Part shown: piece by piece, positions 28,827-37,365 of the stretch
Position numbering within the stretch: position 1 is the first letter of the stretch
Layout of the letters: every line of letters starts with the position of its first letter
Assembly (NCBI GenBank): GCA_963710585.1
Contig: CAVQAM010000003.1
Span: 32,371-96,370 of the forward strand
Length of the DNA: 64,000 nt
Source of the DNA: an uncultured Acidobacteriaceae bacterium
GTDB lineage: Bacteria > Acidobacteriota > Terriglobia > Terriglobales > Acidobacteriaceae
Reading direction: 5' to 3'
Position numbers and translations under genes: made by a program
Notes under the pieces: model-generated
What the model was told of the DNA's origin: nothing
The model's input: only the letters and a program-made list of their open reading frames with translations
Databases searched by the model: none

Positions 28827-29974
28827 GACGCAAGAAAGGCACGGGGAGTATCTATCAGCGGAAGGGGTCGCCAGTGTGGTGGATAAAGTATCACCGTCAC
28901 GGTCGCCCGTTCCGAGAGAGCACACACACAACGGATTCCCGCAAAGCTGAGAAAATGCTGCACACTCGACTGGCGGAGATCAACCAAGGAACATTCATGG
29001 GACCACAACTTGAACGAACGAAGGTCGATGAACTGGCGGTGATGTTTGTTCGGGATTACCGCATCAACAGCCGGAAGAGCATAGCTGATGCCGAGACTCG
29101 CTGGAATCAGCATCTAAAGCCGTTCTTTGGCGGTATGAGGGCCGTTGACGTTACGAGTGAGCAGTTAGCTCGTTACGTGGACAAACGGCAGCAGGAAGGG
29201 GCAGCCAACGCGACGATCAATCGGGAATTGGCAGCGCTCAAGCGGATGTTCCGGCTTGGGCAGCAATCGACTCCGCCGAAAGTGGTTCGTGCGCCGAAAT
29301 TCCCCAAGCTGGCAGAGAACAATATCCGTAAAGGGTTTCTCGAAGATGGGCAGTATCGGAAGCTAGTCGAGTATTGCCCCGAACTTTGGTTCCGCTCGCT
29401 GGTCGAGTGTGGCCGCACGTATGGATGGCGAGTCTCCGAACTGCTCTCCATGCGCATTAACCAGTTGGATGTTGCACAGCGCGTGATTCGGCTTGAACCT
29501 GGCACCACAAAGAACCGGGACGGCAGAGAAGTGCTTATGACCGATTCGGTTCACAAGCTGCTCTCTGCTCTCGTGCATGGCAAGGCAGCCGACGATTACG
29601 TTTTCACCCGCGCAAACGGCAAGCCCGTGCGTGATTTCCGCGTCATGTGGCAGAACGCTTGTGCTCATGCGGGGATACCTGAATTGCTGTTTCACGATCT
29701 GCGGAGAACTGGAGCACGGAATCTTCGCAGGGCTGGAGTTGCCGAAGGAATCATTATGAAAATCGGTGGCTGGCGGACTCGCAGCGTGTTTGAGCGTTAC
29801 GCGATTGTGAGCCGTTCGGACATGAACGACGCGATTCTCAAGTTGCAAGAATCGGAGAACCGAGTCGAGCAGGAAAGACTGCAAGCCGAAGAGCAGCAAG
29901 AGCAGATAAGGGCACAAATTGGGCACAATGAGGCGATTTCGGCCCAGCCTCCCGCATCCCGTGCGGTGAACTAG
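28823..29974 (+). CDS. int: Tyrosine-type site-specific integrase (intact)
   Basis: 383 aa; N-terminal SAM-like domain; catalytic box HDLRRTGARNL...GGWRTRSVFERYAIV. 3' end converges on the tRNA-Leu 3' end 35 nt away. Confidence 0.9.
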   Translation: MRRKKGTGSIYQRKGSPVWWIKYHRHGRPFRESTHTTDSRKAEKMLHTRLAEINQGTFMGPQLERTKVDELAVMFVRDYRINSRKSIADAETRWNQHLKPFFGGMRAVDVTSEQLARYVDKRQQEGAANATINRELAALKRMFRLGQQSTPPKVVRAPKFPKLAENNIRKGFLEDGQYRKLVEYCPELWFRSLVECGRTYGWRVSELLSMRINQLDVAQRVIRLEPGTTKNRDGREVLMTDSVHKLLSALVHGKAADDYVFTRANGKPVRDFRVMWQNACAHAGIPELLFHDLRRTGARNLRRAGVAEGIIMKIGGWRTRSVFERYAIVSRSDMNDAILKLQESENRVEQERLQAEEQQEQIRAQIGHNEAISAQPPASRAVN

Positions 29975-30008
29975 CGCCAGCTAGGAATTGAATCAAAGGG
30001 GTTTAGGC

Positions 30009-30098
30009 TGGTGCCGGGAGGGGGGGTCGAACCCCCACGAGGTGATAAGCCTCGGCGGATTTTGAGTCCGCTGCGTCTGCCAGTTCCGCCATCCCGGC
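30009..30098 (-). tRNA. tRNA-Leu (anticodon CAA), CCA encoded
   Basis: Reverse complement reads GCCGGGATGGCGGAACTGGCAGACGCAGCGGACTCAAAATCCGCCGAGGCTTATCACCTCGTGGGGGTTCGACCCCCCCTCCCGGCACCA. Acceptor GCCGGGA/TCCCGGC, anticodon stem GCGGA/TCCGC with loop CTCAAAA, long variable arm, T-loop TTCGA. Confidence 0.9.
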
Positions 30099-30129
30099 TA
30101 AGGGTGGTAAGTACCAGAAGGCCAACCGC

Positions 30130-30942
30130 TTACTGGATTGCCGCTAGCCCGTTCACAACTGCTTCCAAACCGCTGGTGCTAGTTCTGGTGTCAGTTGGTC
30201 TGCTCTGTGCGCCCTCAGTATCGCATAGCCGCTGTACGGCTGCCAATTGATGCTGCGGAGCAAGGTGAGCATACCGGACTGTCATGTTGATCGTCTTGTG
30301 TCCCATGAGTTCTTGCACGGTACGTAGGTCTACGCCAGCCATCACAAGACGGCTCGCGAAGGTGTGACGTAGACAATGCCACGTGAAGTCGGCAAGTGCA
30401 GCTTTCCGAACAACACCGTCGAACCACTCACGTGGAGTCTTTAGCTGCTGCCCGAAGCGGTTCAGGAAAACGTAGGGCTGGCCGTTGCTGAGCGATTGCG
30501 CCATCCGCAAGGCAGCAATAGCCGGATCGTTGAGTGGAATGTGTCGAGTCTCCCCGTTCTTCGTTCTGGGCAACGTCAGCAGCCTCCGCTCAAAGTCCAC
30601 GCAATCCCACGTCATCGCGTACTGTTCGCCCATCCTCATCCCGGTATTGATTGCCAGTTCAAGCTCTGGCAGGTGATGCGGACAGAGTTCCTGAATCAGT
30701 TCACGCAGCTTCGACTCCTCTTCGGGAGACAGAAAGCGAATCCTGCCGTTGTTCTCCCGCCGCTGGTGTACCAAGCGCGCCGGATTGGAGTTCACCTTGC
30801 CGTTCTGGACTCCTAGCCGATACGTGAGGCACAGCAGTGCCCGATAGCGATTCAGTGTCGCAGGTTTCAAATTTGTCTTCGACGAAAGCCACCTCTCTAT
30901 GTCCTGTGGCGTGATGGATTCTGCCGCACGGCCCCCGACCAT
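30130..30942 (-). CDS. Tyrosine recombinase / phage-type integrase (second family)
   Basis: 270 aa; HCLRHTFASRLVMAG...LMGHKTINMTVRYAHL catalytic motifs. Same strand as the tRNA-Leu and ending 32 nt upstream of its 5' end. The N-terminus may be truncated. Confidence 0.8.
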   Translation of the reverse strand: MVGGRAAESITPQDIERWLSSKTNLKPATLNRYRALLCLTYRLGVQNGKVNSNPARLVHQRRENNGRIRFLSPEEESKLRELIQELCPHHLPELELAINTGMRMGEQYAMTWDCVDFERRLLTLPRTKNGETRHIPLNDPAIAALRMAQSLSNGQPYVFLNRFGQQLKTPREWFDGVVRKAALADFTWHCLRHTFASRLVMAGVDLRTVQELMGHKTINMTVRYAHLAPQHQLAAVQRLCDTEGAQSRPTDTRTSTSGLEAVVNGLAAIQ

Positions 30943-31122
30943 GACATTGGTCTGATTGCTGCACGCTGTGCAGGGCCGATGCTCTCAGGGTGGATGGGTG
31001 CTGCTACTGTGTTCCATACAGTGTAGGCACATATACGGGACACTCAGAGCCGCGCCAATTTAGCAGGTTTCGTCGCCTTACGGGTTGATTGGCGGAGGAA
31101 TCACACGGCTTTGCGCAGCACT

Positions 31123-31390
31123 CTTGTCCAAATTAAGTTTTGGCGTTCGTTAACTTGGACAGCATTGGACAGGTGCTACGGGCCGTCCACGCCGCCATAA
31201 CCCTCTGAAACCATCGCAAAATCGCCACCTCCGGCCCGATTTGGCACCGGGCGATCGTTAAGGTGCCGTTGGCAGCAATTTGGACAGCATCTGGAGCCAA
31301 ACGACAACCTCCTTTCCTCCGTCAAGGTCGACTCAATAGAATCAGTGAGTTAGCCTATCCAAATGCTCCATCCCCGGCTAACTTGGACAG
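31123..31390 (+). promoter_or_regulatory. Cluster of TTGGACAG repeats (candidate iterons / arm-type sites)
   Basis: Direct copies at 31155-31162, 31165-31172, 31280-31287 and 31383-31390 (two as AACTTGGACAG), plus an inverted near-copy at 31123-31131. They lie in the 730-bp non-coding stretch upstream of integrase 30130-30942. Confidence 0.45.
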
Positions 31391-31674
31391 TAATGTTTGC
31401 GCAGCATTTCCATGCAGTTCAGCCAACCGAGGACTTGGTTCCATCTCGTACACAGGTGGGTACCAGCTCTTTCAGCCAAACGCACAGTATGCAGCCTGCA
31501 CAACCCCCTACCCTCAATTCGGGGCGCGGGCAGTGGGGTCACAGCGTGGATACGGTCAACACAAAAAGAAAGCTCAGCCCGTGAGGTGAGTCACGGGCCG
31601 AGACAAAGCCCACAGAGAATCGTCAGAGTTTGCGCCGGACGCCGTTTGGCATCTCCCCGGAGAATCCCTGCGGG

Positions 31675-32007
31675 CTATACCGAGGAGATCGAAGGCCAGT
31701 ATCCGCGAAGCGCAGATCGCTGTCTGTGATAAGGGCACGTCGAACGCACGAAGGTAACCAGCAAATGATCGCTGTCGGTGACGGCGATCAACTGTGCGAA
31801 GAAGAGTCTTGCTAGTCGGCCCTCCCGTGTCCACCACTGGATCAGTTCCAGCGTCGTGCGAAACAGCTCGTTGGACGCGACAATGGTCACGCCCTGCATT
31901 CGTTCACGCTGGAGTTCGAAGCTCTCCAGCATCGCCGAGTCCTTAAGTTCGGCGGAATGGGCGAGATTTAGAACCGCGTCGCTGCGATGCGCGAGCTGTT
32001 CGCGCAA
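31675..32007 (-). CDS. Hypothetical protein (weak call)
   Basis: 110-aa ORF followed by hairpin 31577-31598 plus a T-run on the minus strand. Its 3' end and UTR have a decayed paralogue at about 43561-43900. Confidence 0.3.
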   Translation of the reverse strand: MREQLAHRSDAVLNLAHSAELKDSAMLESFELQRERMQGVTIVASNELFRTTLELIQWWTREGRLARLFFAQLIAVTDSDHLLVTFVRSTCPYHRQRSALRGYWPSISSV

Positions 32008-32043
32008 TTTTGCAAATATGCTACAGCATGGGACAATGCTCTT

Positions 32044-32829
32044 ATGCTTAGATCATTCAACCTATCAATAAATGTCGCGGTCGCGGGCATGATGCTGCTC
32101 GGAAGTGCCTTGGCGCAGCAGAGCCCAGCTACGAATACCCAACAAGCTCCTCCGGCGAAGACCGGACAAGCCCCCGCGGCAGGAAGCCAAAACAACCCGG
32201 CCCTACCCACGCAGAAAGCCAAGCTCAGCTACGCGATTGGCATGAGGGTTGGAAAGGGACTGCGCGGGGACTCCGTTGACGTTGATCCGGCCATCATATC
32301 GCAGGGTCTGCAGGACACGATGACTGGCGGCAAGACTCTGCTGACGGATGAAGAGGCGCAGGCCGCGATCACCCAACTGCAAAATGAATTGCGCCAGAAG
32401 GCAGAAGCGAAGGCCCAAGCGGCGGCAGAGAGGAACAAAAAAGAAGGTGACGCATTTCAGGCTGCTAACAAAGCTAAAGCGGGCGTCATCACGCTGCCCA
32501 GTGGTCTGCAATACAAGATTTTGAAAGAGGGTACAGGACCCAAACCCAGGGCTACGGATTCGGTGGTCTGCGACTACCGGGGCACACTCATCGACGGCAC
32601 GGAATTCGACAGCTCCTACAAGCGCGGCCAGCCGGCGACGTTCCCTGTGAATGGAGTCATCAAAGGGTGGACAGAAGCGCTGCAGCTCATGTCTGTGGGA
32701 TCGCAGTGGCAACTTGTCGTTCCCCCAGACCTTGCCTACGGACTGCGCGGCCACGGCTCCGACATTGGACCGAACTCCACTCTCATCTTTGACGTGTATC
32801 TGCATTCCATCCAATCCAAAGGCCAATAA
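32044..32829 (+). CDS. FKBP-type peptidyl-prolyl cis-trans isomerase (FkpA/Mip-like, secreted)
   Basis: Signal peptide MLRSFNLSINVAVAGMMLLGSALA, an N-terminal dimerisation-like helix region, and an FKBP_C core (GVITLPSGLQYKILKEGTG...YRGTLIDGTEFDSS...GVIKGWTEAL...PPDLAYG). Confidence 0.85.
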   Translation: MLRSFNLSINVAVAGMMLLGSALAQQSPATNTQQAPPAKTGQAPAAGSQNNPALPTQKAKLSYAIGMRVGKGLRGDSVDVDPAIISQGLQDTMTGGKTLLTDEEAQAAITQLQNELRQKAEAKAQAAAERNKKEGDAFQAANKAKAGVITLPSGLQYKILKEGTGPKPRATDSVVCDYRGTLIDGTEFDSSYKRGQPATFPVNGVIKGWTEALQLMSVGSQWQLVVPPDLAYGLRGHGSDIGPNSTLIFDVYLHSIQSKGQ

Positions 32830-33622
32830 TGTCTCGATCTCTTTCATACGTCCTCGTGCGTTCGGCTCCGTTCTGGCGATGCCAGGAGTCTCTCATGTCG
32901 GACACTAACTAATGGCTCTCGTTTCGTAGACATTGAAACGACCCAGACAGGCGGCCCGGTTTCCGCCGCCAAGCATACGCTGCAAGGAGAAGTTTACGGC
33001 CAGATGCCGCGCTCTTTGACCGCCTGGGCCACGCGGCCCGGTAGCAATGCCCCGTGTCTAGTCGCTGCCCTGTGAAGCACCCGTGGGCTGACCGCGAGCG
33101 GGAACATTTCTAGAGCGTGTTTCATGTGCGCCGTGGAAAGGCGGTGGTCTTCAGCGGGTGGAAATCCCGCCCGGGAACTGGTTCGCTCCGCCCGGTAGCA
33201 ACCGAAGTAGCGGTGGAGGTAACGAAGCTGCTGAAGCCTTCGGCGTAGAGGGTCGCTAAGGCGACTTGGCGAGCGTACAGGCCGTAACGTAAGTGAACGC
33301 CGAGCAGGCCCCGAAACGCTCAATGCAGGAGCCGACCTGGCATGAATACAGGGAAGGCCGACGGCGATGGGGAAGCACGAGCGAATAGATTCCATCGACC
33401 CTGCCGAGGTATTGGCGACGGCATGTAGGCATAGGAGACCAGACGCAACACGGGAAGCCCCAGCGGTGATTGCAGTACGGATCAACTGGCAACTCGCGAG
33501 AGACAGGCCGGGCCGTATGGGGTGACGGAGAGGCCCGTAGTACAGATGAAGCCGAGTAACTCCGGTGGAGGGAAGGGGCCTCAGTTAAAGGCAGACGCAA
33601 GAAGCAACAAAGGACCGAGGGA

Positions 33623-34954
33623 TTGGCGATGAGCCTAGCAACTCCACCAAGCGTTCAGAAGTTGCAGACGGTGTTACACGCAAAAGCGAAGGAATCGCCC
33701 AACTTTCGTTTCTACGCGCTGTACGACAAGGTGTATCGAGAAGATGTCCTGGCCTTCGCGTATGAATGCTGCAAAGCCAACGGCGGAGCAGCAGGAGTCG
33801 ACGACCAGACTTTCGAGGACCTCGAGGCGTACGGGGTGAAACGATGGCTGGACGAACTGGCGCAAGAGCTGAAAAGCCGAAGCTATCAACCGAAACCTGT
33901 GCGGCGAGTGTATATACCCAAGCCGGACGGGAAGCAGAGGCCGTTGGGTATACCTGCCATCCGCGATCGGGTTGTGCAGACGGCAGCAGTTCTGGTGCTC
34001 GAGCCGATTTTCGAGGCCGACCTGCCGCTGGAACAGTATGCCTATCGGCCGGGCCGCAGCGCACTGGATGCCGTGAGGCATGTCCATAAGCTGATTAACA
34101 CTGGCCATAGACAAATCGTTGACGCGGATTTATGCGGCTACTTCGATAGCCTTCCGCATTCCGAGCTTCTAAAGTCGGTGGCTCGAAGGGTCGTCGACGG
34201 AGCCATGCTGCATCTGATCAAGAGGTGGCTGGAAGCTCCCGTCGAGGAAATCGACGAGCGTGGGAATAAGCGTCGCAGCACGCGCAATCGGGACCAGGGT
34301 CGGGGCACTCCGCAGGGATCTCCGATCAGTCCCTTGCTCAGCAATTTGTGCATGCGTCGGTTCGTGCTCGGGTGGAAGGTACTGGGGCACGAAGGGCGTC
34401 TGAAAGCGTACATCGTTAATTATGCCGATGATCTCGTGATCTGCTGTCGTGGCGGAGCCGAAGAGGCTTTGATCAGGATGCGGAGCATAATGTCGAAGCT
34501 GAAACTGACGGTGAACGAAACTAAGACGCGGGTCTGCTCTCTGCCGGAAGAGAAGTTCGACTTTCTGGGGTACACGTTCGGGCGGTGCTACTCAACCAAG
34601 ACGGGGCGAGCCTATCTGGGCACGGTACCGTCAAAGAAGCGGGTGCAGCGCATCTGTCGCGCCATCAGCGACGAAACCGGACGAGATCGAACCCTGCTGG
34701 ATTCGAAGACGCTGGTAGCCAAGCTCAACCGGATGATGACGGGGTGGGCAAACTACTTTTGTCTGGGACCAGTCAGCAAAGCCTATCGGGCGGTGGATCA
34801 ACATGCCCGCAACAGGCTGCGTCGGTGGTTATGCAGCAAACACAAGGAGAGCTGGCCGGCAGTCAAGCGCTTTCCGGAAACATCTCTCCACGACGTGTTT
34901 GGTTTGGTCTGTTTACCGAAACGGACGGCAAGTCTTCCGTGGGCGAAAACGTGA
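33623..34954 (+). CDS. Group II intron reverse transcriptase/maturase
   Basis: RT motifs (RRVYIPKPDGKQRPLGIPAIRDRVVQ, DADLCGYFDSLPH, GTPQGSPISPLLSN, NYADDLVICC) plus maturase X region; no En domain seen. ATG 33629 is an alternative start. Confidence 0.9.
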   Translation: MAMSLATPPSVQKLQTVLHAKAKESPNFRFYALYDKVYREDVLAFAYECCKANGGAAGVDDQTFEDLEAYGVKRWLDELAQELKSRSYQPKPVRRVYIPKPDGKQRPLGIPAIRDRVVQTAAVLVLEPIFEADLPLEQYAYRPGRSALDAVRHVHKLINTGHRQIVDADLCGYFDSLPHSELLKSVARRVVDGAMLHLIKRWLEAPVEEIDERGNKRRSTRNRDQGRGTPQGSPISPLLSNLCMRRFVLGWKVLGHEGRLKAYIVNYADDLVICCRGGAEEALIRMRSIMSKLKLTVNETKTRVCSLPEEKFDFLGYTFGRCYSTKTGRAYLGTVPSKKRVQRICRAISDETGRDRTLLDSKTLVAKLNRMMTGWANYFCLGPVSKAYRAVDQHARNRLRRWLCSKHKESWPAVKRFPETSLHDVFGLVCLPKRTASLPWAKT

Positions 34955-34965
34955 GTCTTTTCCGA

Positions 34966-34998
34966 GAGCCGGATGCGGGAAAACCGCCTGTCCGGTTC
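34966..34998 (+). ncRNA. Group II intron domain V
   Basis: GAGCCGGATGCGGGAAAACCGCCTGTCCGGTTC: AGC triad, 8-bp basal helix GAGCCGGA/TCCGGTTC, internal bulge, GAAA-type loop. Confidence 0.8.
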
Positions 34999-35079
34999 GA
35001 TGAGCGGGAACAGGAAACAGAGCCAAGCCAAACCGGATTGAGGCGGCGAAGCGAAAGCACCGCCATAGCCACCGGGAGA

Positions 35080-35915
35080 CTACAGCCACTGCGCCTGTTC
35101 TCGACTCCACAAACACCTGCGCAGGGTGATCCAGAGGCAGGCGAGATAGAAGAAGGCGCGGTAGGTGGAGAGCAGGTGCTCATGACGAACCAGCAAACGG
35201 CGGAACTGACCGAACCAGGCATTGGTTCTTTCGATGATCCAGCGGCGTTTGTAGCGCCTGAGTTTGCGGCCATCTTGGTAACGCCGTTGTTGGTTGTTGC
35301 TGCGATAGGGCACGATCAGCTCGATGCCTCGTTTCTTCAGCCGTTGGCGCAGCAGGTCCGAGTCGTAGGCGCGGTCAGCGATCACCCTCTTCGGTTTTTG
35401 CCGCGGACGGCCTTTGGGGCGCGGGACGCGAACTTCGGCGAGCGTGGCTTCCGCAAGCGTAACTTCTCCCGGAGAGGCACTTTCCAGCCGAACTCCCAGC
35501 GGAAGACCCTGACCGTCGACCAGTACCATCCACTTCGTGCCCTTGCCACGCTTGGTTTTCCCGACCGCAGAGCCCCCTTTTTAGCCGGAGCGAAGCTGCC
35601 GTCCAGAAAGCATTCGTCCCACTTCAGCAAGCCCTCGCCGTCCAGCGCTCCCAGCAGCGCTCGCCATGCATCCAGCCACACGTCCTGCTCTTCCCACTGC
35701 TTCAGCCGCCGCCAGCAGGTCGGTGGCGAGGGAAACTCGTCGGGCAGAAAGCGCCATGCCGCACCAGTTTGCAGAATCCACAGGATGCCTTCAAAGCATG
35801 CCCGGTTAGATGTCCAGGGACGCCCTCGCTTATCCCGTCGTCGTTTTGGCACGGGGAGCAAAGGCTCTATTAGTTCCCACTGTTCGTCGGTCAACAGCTT
35901 CTGTCGCTTCTTCAT
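35080..35915 (-). CDS. IS5-family transposase (frameshifted, C-terminus extended by intron sequence)
   Basis: OrfA MKKRQKLLTDEQWELIEPLL... runs to the GCTAAAAAGGGGGC run, and the -1 frame continues to ...LACLWITLRRCL. The native TGA was replaced by intron sequence, giving an extra WSREQAQWL*. Confidence 0.8.
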
Positions 35916-36000
35916 GACAGAAGTTCAACATCTACCCGCCTCAGCCGGAAGTACCCAATCTGAGGCCGTACCTATTTATGAAACACGCTCTAGGAAACCC

Positions 36001-36085
36001 CAAAAAACACTGCAAAACTTCCACGCAACCTCCGCGTGAAGCCAAGGTCGATGCGCTCCCTACCATCATCCTTTTCGGTGTCAGT
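36001..36085. repeat. About 85-nt repeat, copy X
   Basis: CAAAAAACACTGCAAAACTTCCACGCAACCTCCGCGTGAAGCCAAGGTCGATGCGCTCCCTACCATCATCCTTTTCGGTGTCAGT, roughly 85-90% identical by eye to 37144-37229. Confidence 0.6.
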
Positions 36086-36574
36086 GCTTTGCCCTTCAGC
36101 GAACACTTGTGCACGTAGTGCTCCCGTAGTCCCGTGACGGACTCGATTGCAGCGCGGAGCCTCTCGACCCGCATCGGCTTCCTTGACCGTTTGCCAACCG
36201 GCGGGAAATATCGTCGAAATGTTTTCCAACTGAATTGCGAGACCGTCAGTCAATTGCCTCATGAGCTTTTCGGTCTTTTCGAGTTGCATCGCTGTCTTGC
36301 CTGCCCGAACTCTCATCATACGTTCGGTTCTTGCAGCTTTTGGGTCTGTAGGATTCCAGCCAGCAACTATGCACCGACCGTCCTAAAAGTGGTGGTTACT
36401 TTCGTAAGTGAGATCGGCTCGGTCGTCACTGACCGTCGTTCCCAGAAAGAGTAAGAGTAGTGATGTAGCGTTGCGTCTCTGGGGGAGAAATACGCCACGA
36501 CGCCGCAGGGGCTGCTCAGAGGCTCCGGGACAAAACGGAAATCCCGATTTACTTGTCGAATTCGGGAGGAGATC

Positions 36575-36886
36575 ATGGACATAATGGAAATGAACGATAT
36601 TGTTGGCCTACCTCCAGCAGTTGACGGGCGACAACAAGATAGGATTGCTTTTCGCGTTCCAGTTCGGATCATCAGCCACGGGGTACTCGGCGACAAATTT
36701 TGTAATGGGATGGCTGTAGATATTAGCCAATTCGGAGTGGCCTTCGAGACCAAAGCCGAGTTAGATCTGGACGACGTAATCGAGATCATATTCGAGGAGA
36801 AGAACAAGACTATCTTCCGTAGTTCCGCGAGGTTACTATATCGGGCCAGACAGAGATATGGTGCCTCCTTCGGCGGACGAGAATAG
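36575..36886 (+). CDS. Single-domain PilZ (c-di-GMP binding) protein
   Basis: 103 aa with RQQDR (RxxxR) and DISQFG (DxSxxG) motifs at the canonical spacing; lies in an AT-rich patch. Confidence 0.65.
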   Translation: MDIMEMNDIVGLPPAVDGRQQDRIAFRVPVRIISHGVLGDKFCNGMAVDISQFGVAFETKAELDLDDVIEIIFEEKNKTIFRSSARLLYRARQRYGASFGGRE

Positions 36887-37143
36887 AGCTTTCGTCTTCG
36901 GCCCGGTGGTCGTTGTAGTTGTCCTGACCTGCCCCTTTACCTCGCACAGTTGAGAATACGACAAGTTTCGGTTGCTCCATCCCAGCATTCAGCGGGGATG
37001 GGGGTGTGGGAACAAGGGCCGGCGTTTGTGTATCGGTGTAGGCGACCAGCGCCCTGAGTGGCCCATAATCGCGCCAGAGGGCCCTGTGGCGGCTCGTAGA
37101 CCTACGGAACACCCTTTCCCGGCAGAAAACCTGTGGACACTCT

Positions 37144-37229
37144 CAAAAAAGAGCACAAAACTTCCACGCAACCTCCGCGTGAAATCAAAGTCGAAGTGCG
37201 CCCTACCATCATCTCTTTCCGGTGTCAGT
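37144..37229. repeat. About 85-nt repeat, copy Y
   Basis: Partner of 36001-36085. Followed by GTCAGTTCTGGTGTCAGTTGG, which also occurs in the 3' end of integrase 30130-30942. Confidence 0.6.
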
Positions 37230-37365
37230 TCTGGTGTCAGTTGGGTTTTGATTCAGGTGCGGAATCGTGCGGGCTGATGCAGAAGAGATATATTGGATAG
37301 CCCCGTCGATATTGGTCTTTGCGGAGTGGTGCGGCATCGTGCGGCAAGGTGCCGAACCCGGTAAG

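Larger units (their letters stand above)
33126..35110 (+). mobile_element. Group II intron (ORF-containing, bacterial type)
   Basis: 5' end GTGCGCC at 33126; RT/maturase ORF in domain IV; domain V at 34966-34998; 3' end ...CTCGACTCCAC with a candidate bulged branch A 7 nt from the end. Boundaries are confirmed by reconstitution of the host IS inverted repeat. Confidence 0.85.
33110..35993 (-). mobile_element. IS5-family element (third, diverged copy) carrying a nested group II intron
   Basis: Ends CTAGAGCGTGTTTCAT (33110-33125) and ATTTATGAAACACGCTCTAG (35974-35993) are inverted repeats. Removing 33126-35110 restores 19 nt of perfect IR (CTAGAGCGTGTTTCATAAA). Confidence 0.8.

Noticed and set aside
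33623-34954. Reverse transcriptase as a possible retron, DGR or defence-associated RT
   Set aside because: It lies inside a sequence with a canonical group II intron 5' end, domain V and 3' end, and it carries a maturase X domain. No msr/msd-like repeats, template/variable repeats or effector gene are adjacent.
34585-36039. 484-aa plus-strand ORF
   Set aside because: It is a chimeric reading frame that runs from the end of the intron RT gene through intron domains V/VI and then antisense through the IS5-like transposase. It has Ser/Pro/Arg-rich composition, so it is not a gene.
35990-36319. 109-aa minus-strand ORF, possibly an integrase C-terminal remnant
   Set aside because: Its tail (TDTEKDDGRERIDLGFTRRLRGSF) resembles only the other repeat copy at 37144-37229. 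I could not align it convincingly to a recombinase catalytic domain, so it is reported only as a repeat.
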